A DNA stretch of 55,873 nt, counting the filler, from Streblomastix strix (taxonomy: Eukaryota), in assembly GCA_008636045.1 (NCBI GenBank). It is 3 parts of 3 records of this genome, joined end to end, with 100 filler letters (N's around TTAATTAATTAA, not from the genome) between each part and the next. Parts side by side here need not be neighbours in the genome. Positions count along the whole stretch, not along the records: positions 1 to 18,560 come from SNRW01000595.1; 2 more parts are not named here. One strand, written 5' to 3'. Position 1 is the first letter of the stretch. Every line of letters starts with the position of its first letter. The translations under genes were made by a program, and so were the position numbers. Below the pieces are notes generated by a model. It was not told the origin of the DNA and ran no database searches. It worked only from the letters and a program-made list of their open reading frames with translations. Shown here piece after piece: positions 1 through 13,621 of this stretch.

Positions 1-3000
1 GATTAGGAAAACCGAGCAAGAGTTTTGTTCAAATAATAACAGCAGACAAATAAAAAATCTAATAAAACTGAAGATGGGAAATAAAAAGGATTTTTTGCGA
101 GATTGTTTCATATTAAAACTGATGCAGAGAAGAAAGAAGAATAAGATCGAAAAGCAAAAGAAGAAGAAATAAAGAAAAACGAGAAAAATCGTGAATAGAA
201 ACTTAATAACAACGATAATTTGCAGAAAAACCGCGAAAAAGAGATTTCTGATGAGTTAAAAAAAGAAATTGCAGATAAAAAGAAGTTTGAAAAGGAAAAA
301 ATACTTAAAAAAAGAGAAAAATAGAAAAAGAAGCAAAAATTAATAGAAGAACAAAAATTAAAAGAGAAAGATGAGATAAATAAGAAGAATAAAGAAAAAG
401 AGAAAGAAAAAGAATAATTGAAATAGAAATAAAGAAGATAATCAAAAGATAAAACAAAAGGAAAAGAAAATGAGATGAATGAATAAGTGTTTGAAAATGA
501 CGATCAGACGGATTTGAATCAGTTGAATGAGAAAAAATTACAGATTTAATAGAAAATTGAAGAAATCGATAAGTAAGTGAAAGATATTGAAGAAAATCTG
601 AACTATTATTAGAAAAAGCAACAAATAGAGTTAGATTAAAATGATGTAGAATCTGATATACTGGATAGACATGATGGATTAAGTTCAATAGAACAAAAAA
701 TTGATGAGAATAAAATGCAAGTTTAGCAAATTGAAGAAGACGAATCCTAATAAGATAAAAAAGACCAACTTTAATAAGAATTTGATGAACTTCAGAAATA
801 GAAGAGTGACTTAGAAATGTAAATAGACGAATTATTGAGGAAAAAAGAAGATTTTGAAGCTGAATTGATAGAACTGGAAGATGATAAGACCAATTCATAA
901 CTTGAGAAAAATGAATTGGAAGAGCAGAAGAAAAAACTATAGAAAGAATTGGAAGGTATAGAATAGAAAGAAATTGAATTGAAAGAGAAAGAAAAAGATT
1001 AAGAATATAATAATGAAAAATTGAAACAGAAAAAACGTAGTCTAAGTAAACGTCACAGTTCAAGCGGAGATCCATCAAATAGATATCGTGAGAATGACGA
1101 TGATGAAGATGATGATGAAGATGAAGAAGATAAAGAATAAGAAAATAATGAAAAAGATGATGAACGTGAAAAAGAAGGATTAGTTAAGAAATTGATTAAA
1201 AAACTGAATAATAACCAAAATTAAGCAGATCCAGTCGTTGAAGTGCAAGATTCAGACCGTATTTTCACTGAAGATGAAGAAAAAAGAGATAAAAAATAAT
1301 TTAAACAAAGAAAATTGGGGAATTCAACTGAAAGAACTAATAACGAATCAGGAAACGAAGGATAAACAGAAAATGAATAAGAATAAGATCAAGATCAAGA
1401 TCAAGAACAAAATTTCAAGCAAGAATTAAAAACCCGAATAGAAAACGACCCAATAATGCGAGATCTTATCCGTGAAAGAAAGTAAATCTATTAAGAAGCT
1501 GAAGATGAAAAAAATCAAAGAAGAGATGATGAAGAGGAAGAGAGAAAATTGTAACAGTAATAATTGATGAGCGAAGATGAAAAAAGGAATATTGAGATTG
1601 AGAAGTATATTTTGAAAGAGAAGATTGGACCAGATGTGATTATATGTATGATGATTATTGAGTGGGGTGGAATGAATGAATTTAATATTCGAATTGAATC
1701 TGTATTTTAAAGATTTATATTACTTATATTTTATTTATATTTTATATTTATTTATATATTTATTTATTATGTTTGCTTTATTTATATATACACGCACAAG
1801 AAAAACTGACCGACATCATCAATAAACAAGCCATCAGCACCTCCTTACTCGCAGCACCTGCAGGCAACTACACACAGATGCTGAGCTCAATTCCATCATT
1901 TGACCCAAGCCAATCATCTGGGTAAATTGAAAGGTATGATCCGAGTATGACGCAAAGCACCGATGATCTGAAAAATTCGACTATCCATTTGCAGATGATG
2001 CAGTCGACTGCATAATTTAATCAGTAACAAGTTCAGTTTAATCAGTAAATATATGAGCAGTAAGTAGAAGATGCTACTCTGTTGTTAGCTTTGCTTTCAA
2101 AAGTTCCTGAAATCGCAGAATCTGTAATTAGAGAGAATCTCTTCTTTGTTGGATATTCACGTGAAGAGGAACAGCAGTAAAAAAAGAAAGAAGAAGATGA
2201 AGAAAATTAATTCACGAAGAAATATGGAAGAAAATTTAGACCTGCGGAAATGAAGTAATAATATTAGAAATATAAAGTACAGAAAAGATATGAGTAGTTT
2301 TTGTAGAAGCAGAGGTAGCCGAATTTGCTGTTCTACAGTGGGAAGGTTATACCGTTGAGGATGGATATAGGTTTGTGATGGATATATATTTAATTAATAT
2401 ATATTATTGTAAATATTGATAATTGGAATTAAATAGTAATAATTATTTTTTAATTATTACTTTATTTTTATTTTTATTTTTATTTTTATTTATTTTCCTA
2501 TTATTATTTTATCAGGATGCACATTTGCTATTCTTGCATCTACAATTGAAGCAATGGTGAAAGAAAGACCAGACACTGCACTCAAGAATTACAGGTATAT
2601 ATAAATATAGAGAAAATATTTTATTATTAGAAAAATGAATAATGCCAAATTTTTTTATAATTTGATTATTTTTGCTTTATCTTTTTGATATCTATTAGGA
2701 AAATGATTATTTTCCAGTTGTATAACGCTTCTAAGTACCTTAGTCAGCAAATAAAGAAGACTTATATAAGTTTGATTATTTTTATTTATTATAATTTATT
2801 TTTAATTAATTCATTTTTTATTATCCAATTTTCTTTTCCATTAAATTAATATAAATAAATACAGCTTCACCCTTCCAAGAACTCCTTGAATAGAATCCAC
2901 AATATCAGCAACAACAATTAGTCAAGAAACAGATGGATTATCACATTGAAAATGCAGTTGAAAGAAGGAAAGCCAATTTATCACTAAAATTAATCAACTC

Positions 3001-6000
3001 GTGTATTGCAACATGTATTAATAATGATAAGTTGGTTGTGTTTGCTGTGAAGAAGATGGGGGTATACAAATATATTTATTATTTTTATATTATATTAAAG
3101 AAAAAATATGAATTAAATGAATTAAGTTATTATTCAATTCATTTTTCAAATATTTGACTAATTTTTATTATTCCAATTTTATATATTCCCTTTTTCATTC
3201 TATCATCCTTCTTCCAGGTCCACATCTTAGGCGCATCCCGGTCTTTTAATTCCAAAATATTCCAGTCACATCCACTACTTCTATAACATATAATACCCAA
3301 AATATACCGAGAATTGGAATTGCTTCAATACTCGGCATTAATTCCAAATAGATATGCATTGTAAATCTTGGCTAAGAATAAAGAGGCACTTTTCGCTGCT
3401 GGAAGATGGAGAGAAGCGATGGAGTTGGGATATGAAGGTTAATTTTTTAATTAGATTTAGTTTATATATTGAAATATATTAGATTAATATTATATACAAA
3501 TATTGTGGATTTATTTTTAAATTAATTTATTATTTAATCCTTTATATATAATTCATATAAATTTACTTTTAATTTATATTATTTTAAATAGCTGATTCTC
3601 TTTTAGGAGGTAAAGGTCTTCTCCAGTTGAATGTCGAAGAAAGAGCAGCAATTGGACTTCTGAGAAGCCCCGGAACAAATTGGGGGAATAAGTATGAATA
3701 AATAAATAAAAAGAATAATTGAATAAATAAGGAAAATATTTTAGTATTTATTTTAATAATTTTTATTTAATTTAATTTTCATTATTATGTATTTATTATG
3801 TATTTATTATATATTTATTATGTATTTATTATATTTTCCTTATATTCCCTTTATATATTTCAATTTTCCAACACAGCTACGACCCCCAAATCGACAACAA
3901 TGCCGAACTCGATGACACAAACGTTGTCTACTTCAGAAACTACCAAACATTATATAATATAAGAGAACAACTTATCACTCTAACTCAAGAGAAACATCAG
4001 AATAGCTAATAATACCCAAAACCAACCGATCTTGACACTTTCATCATATATGGTAAGTATATTCCATATATACAAGCTATTATGTAGATCTTGCATCTGA
4101 TCGCGCTTTGCAATTATCAATCCTGGGCGAACGCGCTTATTGGCGCAACTTTCGTCGATTTCACGCGCAATATCACACAGGACATGGTCGAGATCGACAA
4201 CTTCAATGTTCTGGATGTATTCAAATATGTATACAGGTACTAACCGACTTTCTTAGATCTATAAAAAAAGGAGGAGGAATATTTAAAGCGGAAATAAGCA
4301 ATGCAGAGAAAATAAGGGAAAGATGGGAACCTATATATTGAGAAGTAGGATATATAGTAATAGCTTTAGAGATAGGAGGATAATTATAGGAATGAGCTGA
4401 GGTTTTAGAATAGATGTGTGGCTGATATGGAATATATATAAAATTTAATTGAAAAAAATATTTTATTTATAATAATTTTATAATATTTATAATTTTAATT
4501 ATAATTTTATAATTTTACTAATTTTTATTATTATTTTCATATTCTTCATATTAATATTCTTTTCCTCCAACAACCCCCCACAGAAGTGGAGCTCTCCCAA
4601 TCTTTAAACAGCCAGATCAGCTTACCAAAGGTATTTGTTGAGCCTTTTGCCTGGACAGCTTCTGAAGTAATGTAAGAATTAGCAGCCAATCAAGAAGAAG
4701 AAGAAGATGAGGAAGAAGAAGAAGAAGATTTGAGAGACGAAAATGAGAAGTCGAAAGGAGGTTTGTGTAGAGTGGGGGGTTGATATGGATGTATTTATGG
4801 GGATAAAAGTAAATATGAATGAAAATTAGTTTATTTTTATTTTAATATTAATACATTTTTGTTATTTATTTTTATTTTTTCCTATTGTTTTTATTATCAT
4901 TTATCCAATTACAGATTCCAAACGTGTTATGTAATTAGGTGATGATGATAATGGTGAAAGATGGACAATGAGAAGAGTATGACAATTAAATAATTAATAA
5001 ATTATTAATTAAAATTATTACAAATTCAATTTTTTATTTTATTTTACTTATAATATTCTGTATTTATTAAATTTAAATTAAATTTACTTATTTAATTAAA
5101 TTCTGTATTTTATTTATTTCTATTATTAAATTATATTAAATTCATTTATTCATTAATATACTTTTATTCATTAATTTACTTTTATGTATCACACATATCA
5201 GGTCCTCATGAAGGAGAGCATCCGCCGTGAGCGACACGCGCGCGAGGAGCAGCTTTTGAAAGACACTGAAAAAATGCTCAAAGAAAACATGAAAAGGCAC
5301 AAAAAAGAGCAGAAAGAAATAAAGCTTGAAAAAAGGAAGTAAAAGAAGAGGGAACGTGAATAAAAAGAGAAAGAAAGAAAATAATAAGAAGAAGAGAAAA
5401 GGAAAATTAAAGGGAATGTTCAATTAAAGGATGATTTTGAAGAAAAGATGGAGGCTAAAAAATTAAAAGGTTTATTTTTTCTTATATTAAAATTAATTAA
5501 TTATTATTGAATAAATTATTAAAATATATTTATAAATAAATAAATAAATGATTAAATAAATAAAAAATTGAATATTTTTACCTATAATAATTTATTCTTT
5601 TAAAAAATATTTATTTTTTTATTATTTATTTATTAATTATTAAAATTTTAGACATAAATTGTTAGAAATGGGAAAAGAAACTTGAAAAAGATGATAAAAA
5701 ACTGGAAAAATAATTGAAATAAAAAGTTATATAAGAAATAATTGTTGCAAAGGTATATTAATATATGATTTGTTAAATTATTAAATAAATAAATAAATAA
5801 TTAAATAAACTATTTATATATTAATTTAAATTTATTTTCTTTTACACATAACTTATTTATATGTCATTTTGTTTAGGTAAATAACTTCATGCTTGCTCTG
5901 AACTATGAATGGAGAAAAATGCAAAGACTTGGTTTGTAAAATATTTTATCTCAAATTATATTATATTATAATAATATTTTATTTCTGTATATTTTTCAAT

Positions 6001-9000
6001 TTATTTATTTATTTATAATAATTATAGGTATTGCTCGTGTCAAATATATTGATTGGAATTCAGATTTAATTACACAATACTCTGCTGTTGATGAACATAA
6101 TAGTGATTTGAGTGGTATGAAATATTAACAAAAAAAATAGATTAAAATTATTTGATAAAATTTTTTTTACTGATTTTTTAATAATAAATTTTTTTATATA
6201 TATTATTTTTCCATATAAATATCTCACTTATTAAACCACACATAATATATATAATATATACTTTTTTTTACTCATCATCAGGCATTCTCGACGACTCCCG
6301 CGAAGAGCGGATCTTAATCGAGAGCGTCAGAAAAGAATCCAAAAACAACAGTTTCCTATAAAAACTTCTCCCATTCCTCAACGATCGAGTCAAAATCGTT
6401 GAAAAAGAAAAAACGAAGGGAAAAGATAAAGTACTATAAAAAGAACTGTAATATGTCAGGTTCAAACCACTCCCCATAATGGAACAGCTAAAAGAACTTG
6501 ATAAGAAATAGAGAAATGATAAATTATAGAGTACGGAATTAATTAACTCTAAATATGTATATTCTTCATTAATCCCATTAAATTTAAAATAGTTTTTATC
6601 TAATCCACCATCTTCGCTTACTTTTGAGGAGAACAAGCTTCCAATTCTGACAGTGCAGCGTGTTGAAATGTTTAATAACACACATATGAATTTAAATATC
6701 AATATAAATCTGAACTATATAATGCCATGCAATATATTCCACAGTGCAAATATAATTCCATACAAGATCCAATCTAAAGATCGATAAGATCTTAGAATTC
6801 AGAACTTCGCTAAAAAATCACAAATCAAGATCTTTGGCAAACTCTTCGGGTATTTTACTTCACACAACTTTAAATGGTATGCAAATCGTTTCAACTTAGA
6901 GGAGAAAGAAAAATTCGAAGATTTTCAAGCTGGTATTGAAGATCCCAATAAAGAAGATGATAACTAAAGGCAGAATCAAAATCGTGAGAATGATGATGAA
7001 GAATAAGATAATAATAATGCATAGATTGTAAGATAACAATAGTATCAAGAAGACGAACAACCTACTATGGATGTTGATTATGAAGATAAAAATAAGCATC
7101 ACTGGTATTACAATCCGAATAATCGGATAGTTCCACACGATTGCGAGATTGTTTTGGGGCATTCAATTGATGATGAATTCACATACACTAGATAGATACT
7201 ATTCTAATAGAAAGCTAAACAATTGGACGAAGAGATAAAAAAAATTGATGAGGAAATCCGCAATAAGAAAATTAATGGAGAATTTACAGATGATCTGGAA
7301 GATAAGCTGGAAATAATCAACGAATAGAAGTAGAAAATTAGTTACTATCAGAAATAAGATAAGTTTGATTTTATCAGAAGAGAACTGGATTATAATCATC
7401 AGAACATGAGAGCAGTGACAGATGATGATCCAATTGCTGGGTCTATTTCATAGTGTGAGATAAATATATAGAGAAATATTGTAAATATTTTTTATTCATT
7501 TATTTTTATATATATTATATAAATATTCGAATTATATGTTATATAAATATTCTAATTATATATTATATTAATACATATAAATTATTATTAAATTTTTATT
7601 ATATAAATATACCAATAATTTTTATTTAATATTCTAATTATTTAATTTTCCTACAACTTTTCTTAATCAGTGCAAAAGGCCGTTCGCTCTCGCTCTCAAT
7701 ACGCAGAGCCATACGCCACTGGATTAACATTCAATCTTCACGCACACAAGAGAAGATTAACAACAATTAACTGGAAATTAGATTACTAGAACCAAAAAGA
7801 AAGAAGGATTAGCCTAAACCATTATAATCGCGAAAAGAGAAAATATTGTAAGAGTATCAGAATTAAATGCCACCTCAGGATAAATTGTAGTAGGGTGGAC
7901 ATATTCCTGGGTAACAGGAGATATAGCAGTATTGGTTGATAGCTATTAAGGTTAGAGGAAAAATAAAATAAAATAAAAAGATAAAATAAAGAATAAATAA
8001 TATATTAATATTAATATTAATATTATTTTATTTTATTTAATAGTATTTTATAATTGATTTTAATTTATTAATAATTTCTTATATAAAATTCTTATTCATT
8101 ATTACTATTATTATTAAATTAGGGTTCAACACCAGCTCCAGATTCTGCTTATCCAAACTTTTCATAACTTTTCCCGAATCATAATTTCTCCGAAACTCCG
8201 CTTTTGTTGCATCAGTTGTCTTTGTTTATGTTGTCTAAGATCCCACAAGTGAGGAAAATGGCTTTGATTGCATTAGGTTTGACAGATATATTCGAATTAT
8301 ATATTAAATTAATATTATATATATTATATTAATGTAATAAATTATATTTTTATATATTTAAATTATTATTATTTTTTATTTCTATTTTATTCATTAATAA
8401 TTATTATTTAGGTTCCTTCCTCTCACATGAAGAGAAAGTAGATGACTGGGTTTATGGACATACAAACAGACCACTCATTGTTGTAATGTTCATTGCAGGT
8501 ATGAAAATAATAAAAAAAGATAAAGCAAGATATTTAATTAATATGACTGTTTAATTCAAATTTATTTATAGATTGTTTATTATTCTAATTTATTTAATTA
8601 TTATCAACTAACTCTTATTATATAATTACATTTCTATTTAAATCATATCCAAACCTTTAACCAGGTTCCCGCATCTGCGAATCCCTCCGTTTATGCCTGG
8701 AACTCTACGGCGATCGTGACCCAGAAACAACCACTCTTATAATTGACTGTATAACAAAGCTAATTTAAGCATATGTTGGAATAGGGAAAAAATCCCTATA
8801 GAAATAATTGGATACGTAAAATATGAGTTTGTAAGGTGGAGATGATGGTTAGAATAATGAGGAGAATAATGGAGGGAATGATGGTGTGTGGAAATTTGAA
8901 TATGAATGAAAAAATAAATTGAAATTTATATTTGAATATACATTTTTTAAAATAATAATATTTATACTAATAATTTATTTCTTTTTCTTTATTTCATATA

Positions 9001-11001
9001 TTATTCACTCATAAATTAATTAACTCATTAATTCATCCATTCAGAGGATATGGACGACGACGAAGTGCAGCGCCTTCGTCAGATCAAGATCGAGAACCAA
9101 GCCGAAGATCTGATGAAGAACAAAGACAAAAATTAATCCAATAGCAAAAAACAGGCAATTTTCTCCAAGAAACAAAAATCTGACAAGAAAAAGAAGGACG
9201 ATTTGGGAAATGTGATTTTTATAGGAATTGATGATGAGGAAGAAGATGAAAATCAAAATAAAGATCAGAATAAGAACAGAAGATTAAAAAATATCAACGA
9301 TTTGAACGCGATGCGTAAAGCGCATGAAACTAGGATTGACCTTAGATATGACAACATCGATTTGAAACTATTAGAGATTGAATCTGGTGGCGATGCTTCA
9401 AAAACTGGCAACTACATGATCCAAGCCGTACAAACATAAACAACATCACAACCAGATAATGCTGAAAGTCCAACCAAGGATAAATAAAAAACAAAAAATA
9501 AGAAAAACAAAAGGAAATAAAAGAAATAAGAAGATAGCTCAAATGAGGATAGTTCAGATGAAGACGATGATGAAGATAGCAGCGACAGTGAAAACAAAAA
9601 GCGGAATCATCAATTAGTGGATTCATCTGGTTTCTTCCTTGAATACGAGTTCAAGATCACTGCTCTTGAGGTTATATTAGCTGAGCCTTTTGCAACTCCA
9701 CTCTGCATTTTCTTGATCTCGTAATATACGACTATTGACAACTGCGAGATTTTGTGTCTGTTGATCAAATTTGCGAAAGAATCGGTGGTCAAAATTGTGT
9801 GCAGGACTCCTGTTGCTTTCACTGTGATGCAGGCGCTGCATTCACCAAAGAGGAAGTTGGTGTGTTTGTGTATTTTGGAAAATATGGAGAATATATAGTG
9901 AATAATTGAAATGGAATAAAATTATCATTATTTTTCTATTTTTATTTAATTATATTAAATAACTCTATTTATTTATTTATTTATTTATTTATTTATTTCT
10001 ATTTCTTATTAATAATTTCTATTTATTTATTATTATTAATTATTATTATAATCATATATATCCAATAAGGCCTGTGATGCACTCTGTCGTATGATCTATG
10101 TAGCCTTATAACTTGATGACCGTGTTGGATGGTTGAATATCGCCATATGCGCCATTAGACCTTTGTTGTTTGACTTCACTGTATGAATTATTAATGAAAT
10201 TAATATATATAATTAAATAATAATATTTATATAATATTAAATTATTTTTATTTATTTTAATTTATTTCTTTCTTATTATATATTTCTTATTATTATCCAT
10301 TAATATTTATTATTATTATTTTACTTATATATACCCAATCCCGTATTCTAAATCCAATTCCCACCCAGTGTGTCGAAGAAGTGTCCTTACTCCTCAAATA
10401 CTACTCAAACCATCAGTTATCCAGATAAATAGAAGAAGATGAATCAAATATCATATAATCATACCACTTCATTGTCCCTGAGATTGATGACCATATTTAC
10501 GATTATGAGGATGAAGTAAAGAAGGAGAAGGCAGGGAATAAGTATTTGTTTATATATTTATATATAATAGTAGTTATATAATATTTTTGTTATATTTAAA
10601 ATTAAAATTAATTTTTTAATTATTTAATTTATATTTTTATACATTTATACATTTATACATTTACTCTTAATTAAATTATTAATCTTGTCTTATATTCATT
10701 TACTCATATATTATCAACCAAACATACTTGCACCCCAGAGAACCGCTCAGCAGCACACGCACCAACATGGGCACATACCGCAGAAGCAGATAACAACAAC
10801 AACAACAATAATAATAAGGCGATGATGAATCGCAGGTTGGAACATACCGCACAAACCGCTCTTAATAACAGAAGATGGCCGACAAAGAGAAACAATTCAT
10901 GAGCAACATACACAGGCAGAATTCGCAGTACTCTGATAATGGAGATGACGAAAAAAGAGACCCTGCATATATTGGGGGAACTTTCAGATCTAGAAATAGA
11001 G

Positions 11002-11039
<38 letters not shown>

Positions 11040-11324
11040 TAATAATATTAATAATAATAGCACTAATAATAACAAGGATAAGGATGGCCAGGATAATAGC
11101 GTGGTGTATAAGGCCCAACTGCATAAGCACCTTCACATAATTAGCATCTATATTAAGACGATTAGAAAAAAAATATATAGAAATAACTATAGCGAGATAA
11201 AGAGAGGTAAGAAAAAGAAGCTAAGAATAAAGCTAAATTGGATGAAGAATTAAAGAAGAAATAACAGGAAAAGGAGAAGAAGATTGCTGAGGAAGCGAGG
11301 AAGAAGAGAAATAGGAGGAAATGA
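1..11324 (+). CDS. Very large multi-exon hypothetical protein (5'-truncated): charged coiled-coil segments, HEAT/ARM/TPR-like helical segments, C-terminal poly-Gln
   Basis: With TAA/TAG=Gln, frame 1 is open from 1 to 1645. The frame was followed by hand through 22 GT-AG introns (e.g. 1646-1800, 4416-4583, 4761-4914, 7951-8122, 10542-10738) with consistent phases to TGA at 11322-11324. Segments such as ALFAAGRWREAMELGYE and LSKIPQVRKMALIALG look helical-repeat-like. No family recognised. Confidence 0.85.
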
Positions 11325-11971
11325 ATGTTAGTAATTGATTGGAAATTGGGGGTTTAGGATTTTGGGTTAAAAATTAGATTGGATGGGAGAAATATTGGAA
11401 ATTAGATTAAAAGGTGTATTTGATAGTAGGGTTGTTTAATTGAGTCTTATGTGTAGGAGGGAATATGTATATTTATTTGTCAATTGAATAATTGGCGAAT
11501 TATTTGCGATTAGGTTGGGGAAAGGTAACTTTTTTTTCGTTTTACTTCTTTTTTATAGACGTAATATATTACTTTTTTATTTGATAATCAATCCATTTGG
11601 CACTGATTAATGTAGATTCATTTCATATAGTATTATCATGCAATTCTATAAAAACTATAATAATTAAGAAAAAAAAATCATTTTTTTATAGTCTGATATT
11701 TTTTATAGTAAATTTTTATTTTTAAATTCAAGTTGTTAGAAGATTTTATGAATTGAAAGTAAAATAAAGTGAATAAAAAGATAAGATTTTGAGAAATAAA
11801 GTAAGTGAAGATGAAAATACATATTAAATAAACCAGCATATAGTAGTAAATCACAGTGAAAGTTTCACTATATTTCTACCCTCTAAGGTAGTTTGCCATG
11901 ATTTAATGCTTATTTCTTCATCATTTCTTTAATTTTATTATAAATTACCCCATGCTATGATATATTTCCTT

Positions 11972-13243
11972 TCACAAAATTACACACCCGTCCTTTTTCA
12001 GGCAAACACTGATAGCATTGTCAAATGCTTCTTTTACACCTAAAATTAATAATATCATTACATAAATAGAATGTTAATATAATTCAATATTATATATTAC
12101 CCATATATATAACTAAATACATAACATGATATATTAACAAAACCTTGATTGTATTTTGCACTGCACTCAACATAGTTTGATGCCCCAATGTCCTTGGCCA
12201 TGTTGTAGCCTTCTTCGACTCTCACAAACTCATGCTGTGTAGTGGGTGTGATCTATTATATATTATATATGAATAAGTTTATATTATTATATAATAATAA
12301 ATTAATAAATATAAAAAATTATCAATTTATTATTATTTAAAATTAAATGAATTTATTATCAAACTGATTTTCTCAGATCTCCTTTAGTTCCAACAAGAAC
12401 TATTTTAGTCTTTGGGCCAAGACTGGAATATTAATTAATATATATGTGTGTGTTTAATAAGTGATTAATTAATTAATAAATATTAGCTTTCGGAATGCAA
12501 ACCGTTTTTTAATGTCTGGTACCCATTTAGATTTCACATTTAGGAAAGTGTCTCTCCTGTTAATGGAGAAGCAGACAATGAAGACATCAGTGTTTTCGTA
12601 TGAAAATGGTCGAATTGCATCGTAATCTTCTTATCCTGAATGATAGAAATAAAAATTAAAAGGAAAATATGGTTTGTATTTTAATTTGAAATTAAATATC
12701 GAACCAGCAGTATCCCACAAAGACAGCAGCACTCTATCACGGCCAACTGGCACTCTGCATGTATAGTTATCAAATACACTACATAGAATAAATGAAAAAT
12801 ATAAAATTAAAAATAAGGCTAGAGTAAATAAAAAGGAAACAAACGCTAAAAGTTGAGTATATCACATGAAAAAGGAGGCAAATAAAATTATTCACAAATA
12901 AATAACAAATAAGATGATATAAATAAGAAATAATTCATATACTTGGAACGTACTCTACAAAGAATTGAGAAATGGAAGGTAAAATAAATAAATATTTAAT
13001 AATCAAATTTACGTGCGTTAGAGTTTACCTTCGGGATATTTATTGTTCGCATATACTATATAAAGTGGAATAATTTAAGAAAATAAATAGAATAATAGAA
13101 AAAAAGTAGCACACCCATCAAAAGACATGTTTTACCGACTGCACCGTCACCGACAATGACAAGTTTTAACTGTTATAAAAATTTGAAAAATGAAATGGAA
13201 TAGCCATAAATAATATGATTACAACCTTTGTTTCAGTAGCCAT
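11972..13243 (-). CDS. Rho/Rac-family small GTPase, 9 exons including a 12-nt exon (12943-12954) and a predicted 1-nt exon (12845)
   Basis: Spliced translation: [43 protein letters not shown]...[31 protein letters not shown]...KWVPDI...[11 protein letters not shown]...YVECSAK...VKEAFDNAI...GCVIL-TGA. Has G1-G5 boxes and a CaaL prenylation box. Confidence 0.96.
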
Positions 13244-13621
13244 TTTTGCTTTATTTGTTATTTTACTTAAAAGTAATTTTTTTTTAAAGTATGAAAATTG
13301 AAAAACGATGCATACAATTGTAAAAATGACAAATATTGAATATTAAATAAATAAAATGATGATTTTATTACTGAATAATTTAAACAATCCATTTATCACC
13401 ATTCGAAAACATTTTTAAATAGAATGATTTTCCAATTAATCTTGCAGTAAAATTTGTTTTATTTTAATAAATAATTATTATAATAAGTATAATTTATTTT
13501 AGTAACAAATGATCAACTGTTGTGATTTGACTGTTTCGTTAATTATATATAAACACTTCGATAAAAAAAATTCGATTTTCTGCTTGAAATTAGTAAAGTT
13601 TCACACGTTGCGATCGTTTCT

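Noticed and set aside
305..11075. Hydrophobic minus-strand ORFs in the supplied track (e.g. 305-1078, 5142-5423, 10704-11075)
   Set aside because: They are antisense shadows of K/E/Q-rich plus-strand exons. The poly-Leu runs are the reverse complement of (TAA/CAA)n Gln codons.
10939..11253. Poly-Asn ORF in the track
   Set aside because: Wrong frame. The spliced gene reads this (TAA)n run as poly-Gln and continues to TGA at 11324.
12779..12942. A single non-canonical intron (GT..TA or TA..AG) in the Rho gene
   Set aside because: It needs non-standard ends, gives Ser instead of the invariant Thr and an atypically long intron. The 1-nt exon model uses only canonical sites.
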